Positions 26,898 to 28,499 of a stretch of 28,499 nucleotides of DNA are shown one piece after another. Made by a program: the position numbers and the translations under genes. The stretch comes from a virus (Duplodnaviria; Caudoviricetes). The stretch spans positions 1-28,499 of IMG/VR virus record IMGVR_UViG_3300048796_000126; one strand, written 5' to 3'. The notes under the pieces are model-generated. The model was not told where the DNA came from, did not search any database, and was given only the letters and a program-made list of their open reading frames with translations. Numbering within the stretch: position 1 is the first letter of the stretch; every line of letters begins with the position of its first letter.

Positions 26898-27392
26898 ATG
26901 AAAATTAAAGAAGTATCAGTAGTCAAGGTCGTCCTATGTCTTATATTGACATTTGTTTTAGGGATTGAATTTGGTAATACGATGCTTCGAAGTTACATGA
27001 ATAATAAAATTCCAGATGTAGTCTTCTCTCCAATGTTTTTCTCTGATTCACTTTCTATTCAATATTCTATTTTGAATAATGATGCATCTGTTACAGCTTG
27101 GATTAGAGTTGATACATCCGATGGATTGGAAGCTAAAAATTTAAAAGGTAATACTGAATTTGTAAAAGCACAGGTGCTATGTGATGTACCGATGATTAGA
27201 CTACATGAAATACGTATGTATGATAGTCAAATGAATTTAGTAGGTGTAAGTACAGATTTTGATGATAATTATAAAACTCCAGCTTCTATGCTCAGTGCAA
27301 TTTCAGTAGTTGGAATATGTAGTGCAGCTAAAAACGTGGATGTATCAAATAAAGTTTTCAAAGAAAAAGATGATCCAAAATCAAACACATAA
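26898..27392 (+). CDS. Membrane-anchored or exported protein (adhesin-E-like fold possible)
   Basis: N-terminal hydrophobic segment; beta-rich domain with two Cys. Confidence 0.65.
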   Translation: MKIKEVSVVKVVLCLILTFVLGIEFGNTMLRSYMNNKIPDVVFSPMFFSDSLSIQYSILNNDASVTAWIRVDTSDGLEAKNLKGNTEFVKAQVLCDVPMIRLHEIRMYDSQMNLVGVSTDFDDNYKTPASMLSAISVVGICSAAKNVDVSNKVFKEKDDPKSNT

Positions 27393-27410
27393 AATATAAG
27401 GAATAGTAAA

Positions 27411-27647
27411 ATGACAACATATTTAGATTGGGAAATAACCAAAGTAATTGAAGAATTAGAAATTGTAGCATATGAAAAAGGACAAGAAGTCAACACTGAG
27501 CGAAGACAAAAAGGGGAACCTATTGATCCACGTGCACATGAAAAATTCTTAGTTCATCATGCTGCACAAATCATTAAACAGTATCAAGCAATGCCTGTCA
27601 GAAAGAAACCGGGTAAAAAACCAACACCTAAGCCAGAAAATAAATAA
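27411..27647 (+). CDS. Hypothetical protein
   Basis: AAGGA SD; basic Pro-rich tail. Confidence 0.7.
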   Translation: MTTYLDWEITKVIEELEIVAYEKGQEVNTERRQKGEPIDPRAHEKFLVHHAAQIIKQYQAMPVRKKPGKKPTPKPENK

Positions 27648-27728
27648 TAGTTTTACTTTTGATAGATTTAGTCTATAATATTAAGTTCTGGAATTTCCCA
27701 GATTAATTTTACTTATAGGAATTTAAAA

Positions 27729-28325
27729 ATGAAAAAACTAATTATGTTGGTAGCATTTATTTGTAGTACTTCAGCATTTGCTGGAGATTTCTCTGTATCA
27801 GAAGCATATAATTATGATCAAGTTACAGGTAATAGTACATTGGCATCTATTCATCGTTCTGATACTACGTTGAATTACGCAACTGATTTAGGGACTGTAT
27901 ACGGTGGTGCTCAAATTGATCAAGCAGTTACACAAGCACGTACATCTGGTTATGGTGGTATTGTTGGTTATAGTAATGGTACACATTTTGGCAATTTCGG
28001 TGTGAATGGTCATGTTAGTTATGAAAAGGTTCGTTTTGGATCAGATGGTGATATGGGTACTGTACGCTATGGAGTAGAAGGCACATATCAATTTTATTCC
28101 TTGACACCTTTTGTTGGAGCAGAACATGCTGATACATCAAGTGGATATTCAGTTATTACTTCTGATTTAGGAACGAACTACTTTACACAAAAGTCAAATC
28201 GTTATACACTAGGTACAGATGTAGCATTGTCTAAACGTGTTAATGTACGTTTTGGTTATGCATATACAGATGGCTATTCTCATAGTTCAATTGGATTGAC
28301 ATCAGCAGTAACATTAAAGTTTTAA
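27729..28325 (+). CDS. Outer-membrane beta-barrel protein
   Basis: Sec signal MKKLIMLVAFICSTSAFA, alternating Gly/Tyr strands, C-terminal Phe (AVTLKF); own promoter TTTACT-16-TATAAT at 27652-27679. Confidence 0.8.
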   Translation: MKKLIMLVAFICSTSAFAGDFSVSEAYNYDQVTGNSTLASIHRSDTTLNYATDLGTVYGGAQIDQAVTQARTSGYGGIVGYSNGTHFGNFGVNGHVSYEKVRFGSDGDMGTVRYGVEGTYQFYSLTPFVGAEHADTSSGYSVITSDLGTNYFTQKSNRYTLGTDVALSKRVNVRFGYAYTDGYSHSSIGLTSAVTLKF

Positions 28326-28337
28326 TAGTTTCAAATC

Positions 28338-28452
28338 ACCCTTTAAGAAGGGTCTCCTCCTAAGACTAAATTAATTTTTGTCTTAGATCAAAATAATAAT
28401 TATTTTGATTTTTAAAAGAGGTGGTTAATTTTTACGAGAATTTCCACCTCTT
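28338..28452. other. Four consecutive inverted repeats; the last is terminator-like
   Basis: ACCCTT/AAGGGT, CTAAGAC/GTCTTAG, ATCAAAATAAT/ATTATTTTGAT, and AAGAGGTGG/CCACCTCTT followed by a T-rich run. Confidence 0.7.
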
Positions 28453-28481
28453 ATTTTTATTTTTAAATTTTAGGAATATAC

Positions 28482-28499
28482 ATGATTATTGATAAACAA
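28482..28499 (+). CDS. Start of a gene leaving the window
   Basis: AGGA SD, then ATG ATT ATT GAT AAA CAA. Confidence 0.5.

Noticed and set aside
1-28499. Stop-codon reassignment as seen in some jumbo phages
   Set aside because: Genes are intact in the standard code, and TAA, TGA and TAG all end well-supported ORFs.

Overview
AT-rich, densely packed, mostly plus-strand window that reads as part of a large (jumbo/T4-supergroup-like) lytic phage of a Gram-negative host; standard genetic code. It carries replication and nucleotide genes: SF1 helicase, two clamp-loader subunits, ATP-dependent ligase, dCMP deaminase, and a minimal DnaE-like polymerase split into two ORFs 5 kb apart. It also carries a GroES-like protein, an Acb1-type anti-CBASS 2H phosphodiesterase, and a run of MazG-like, HslV-like, CCA-adding enzyme and Pol-beta nucleotidyltransferase genes. 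Further on are a metallophosphoesterase followed by two duplicated beta-helix paralogs, a solo IS200/IS605 TnpB with a rearranged RuvC site between two broken genes, and an outer-membrane beta-barrel. The most striking element, missed by the ORF track, is a circularly permuted (two-piece) tmRNA at about 26309-26599. Its tag is ANDTFAYALAA and it has no genome-encoded CCA end, which suggests a phage-encoded ribosome-rescue module with the CCA-adding enzyme. Sigma70-like promoters, some embedded in inverted repeats, and T4-type TATAAATA late boxes are visible. All calls come from reading motifs by eye; no database searches were run.
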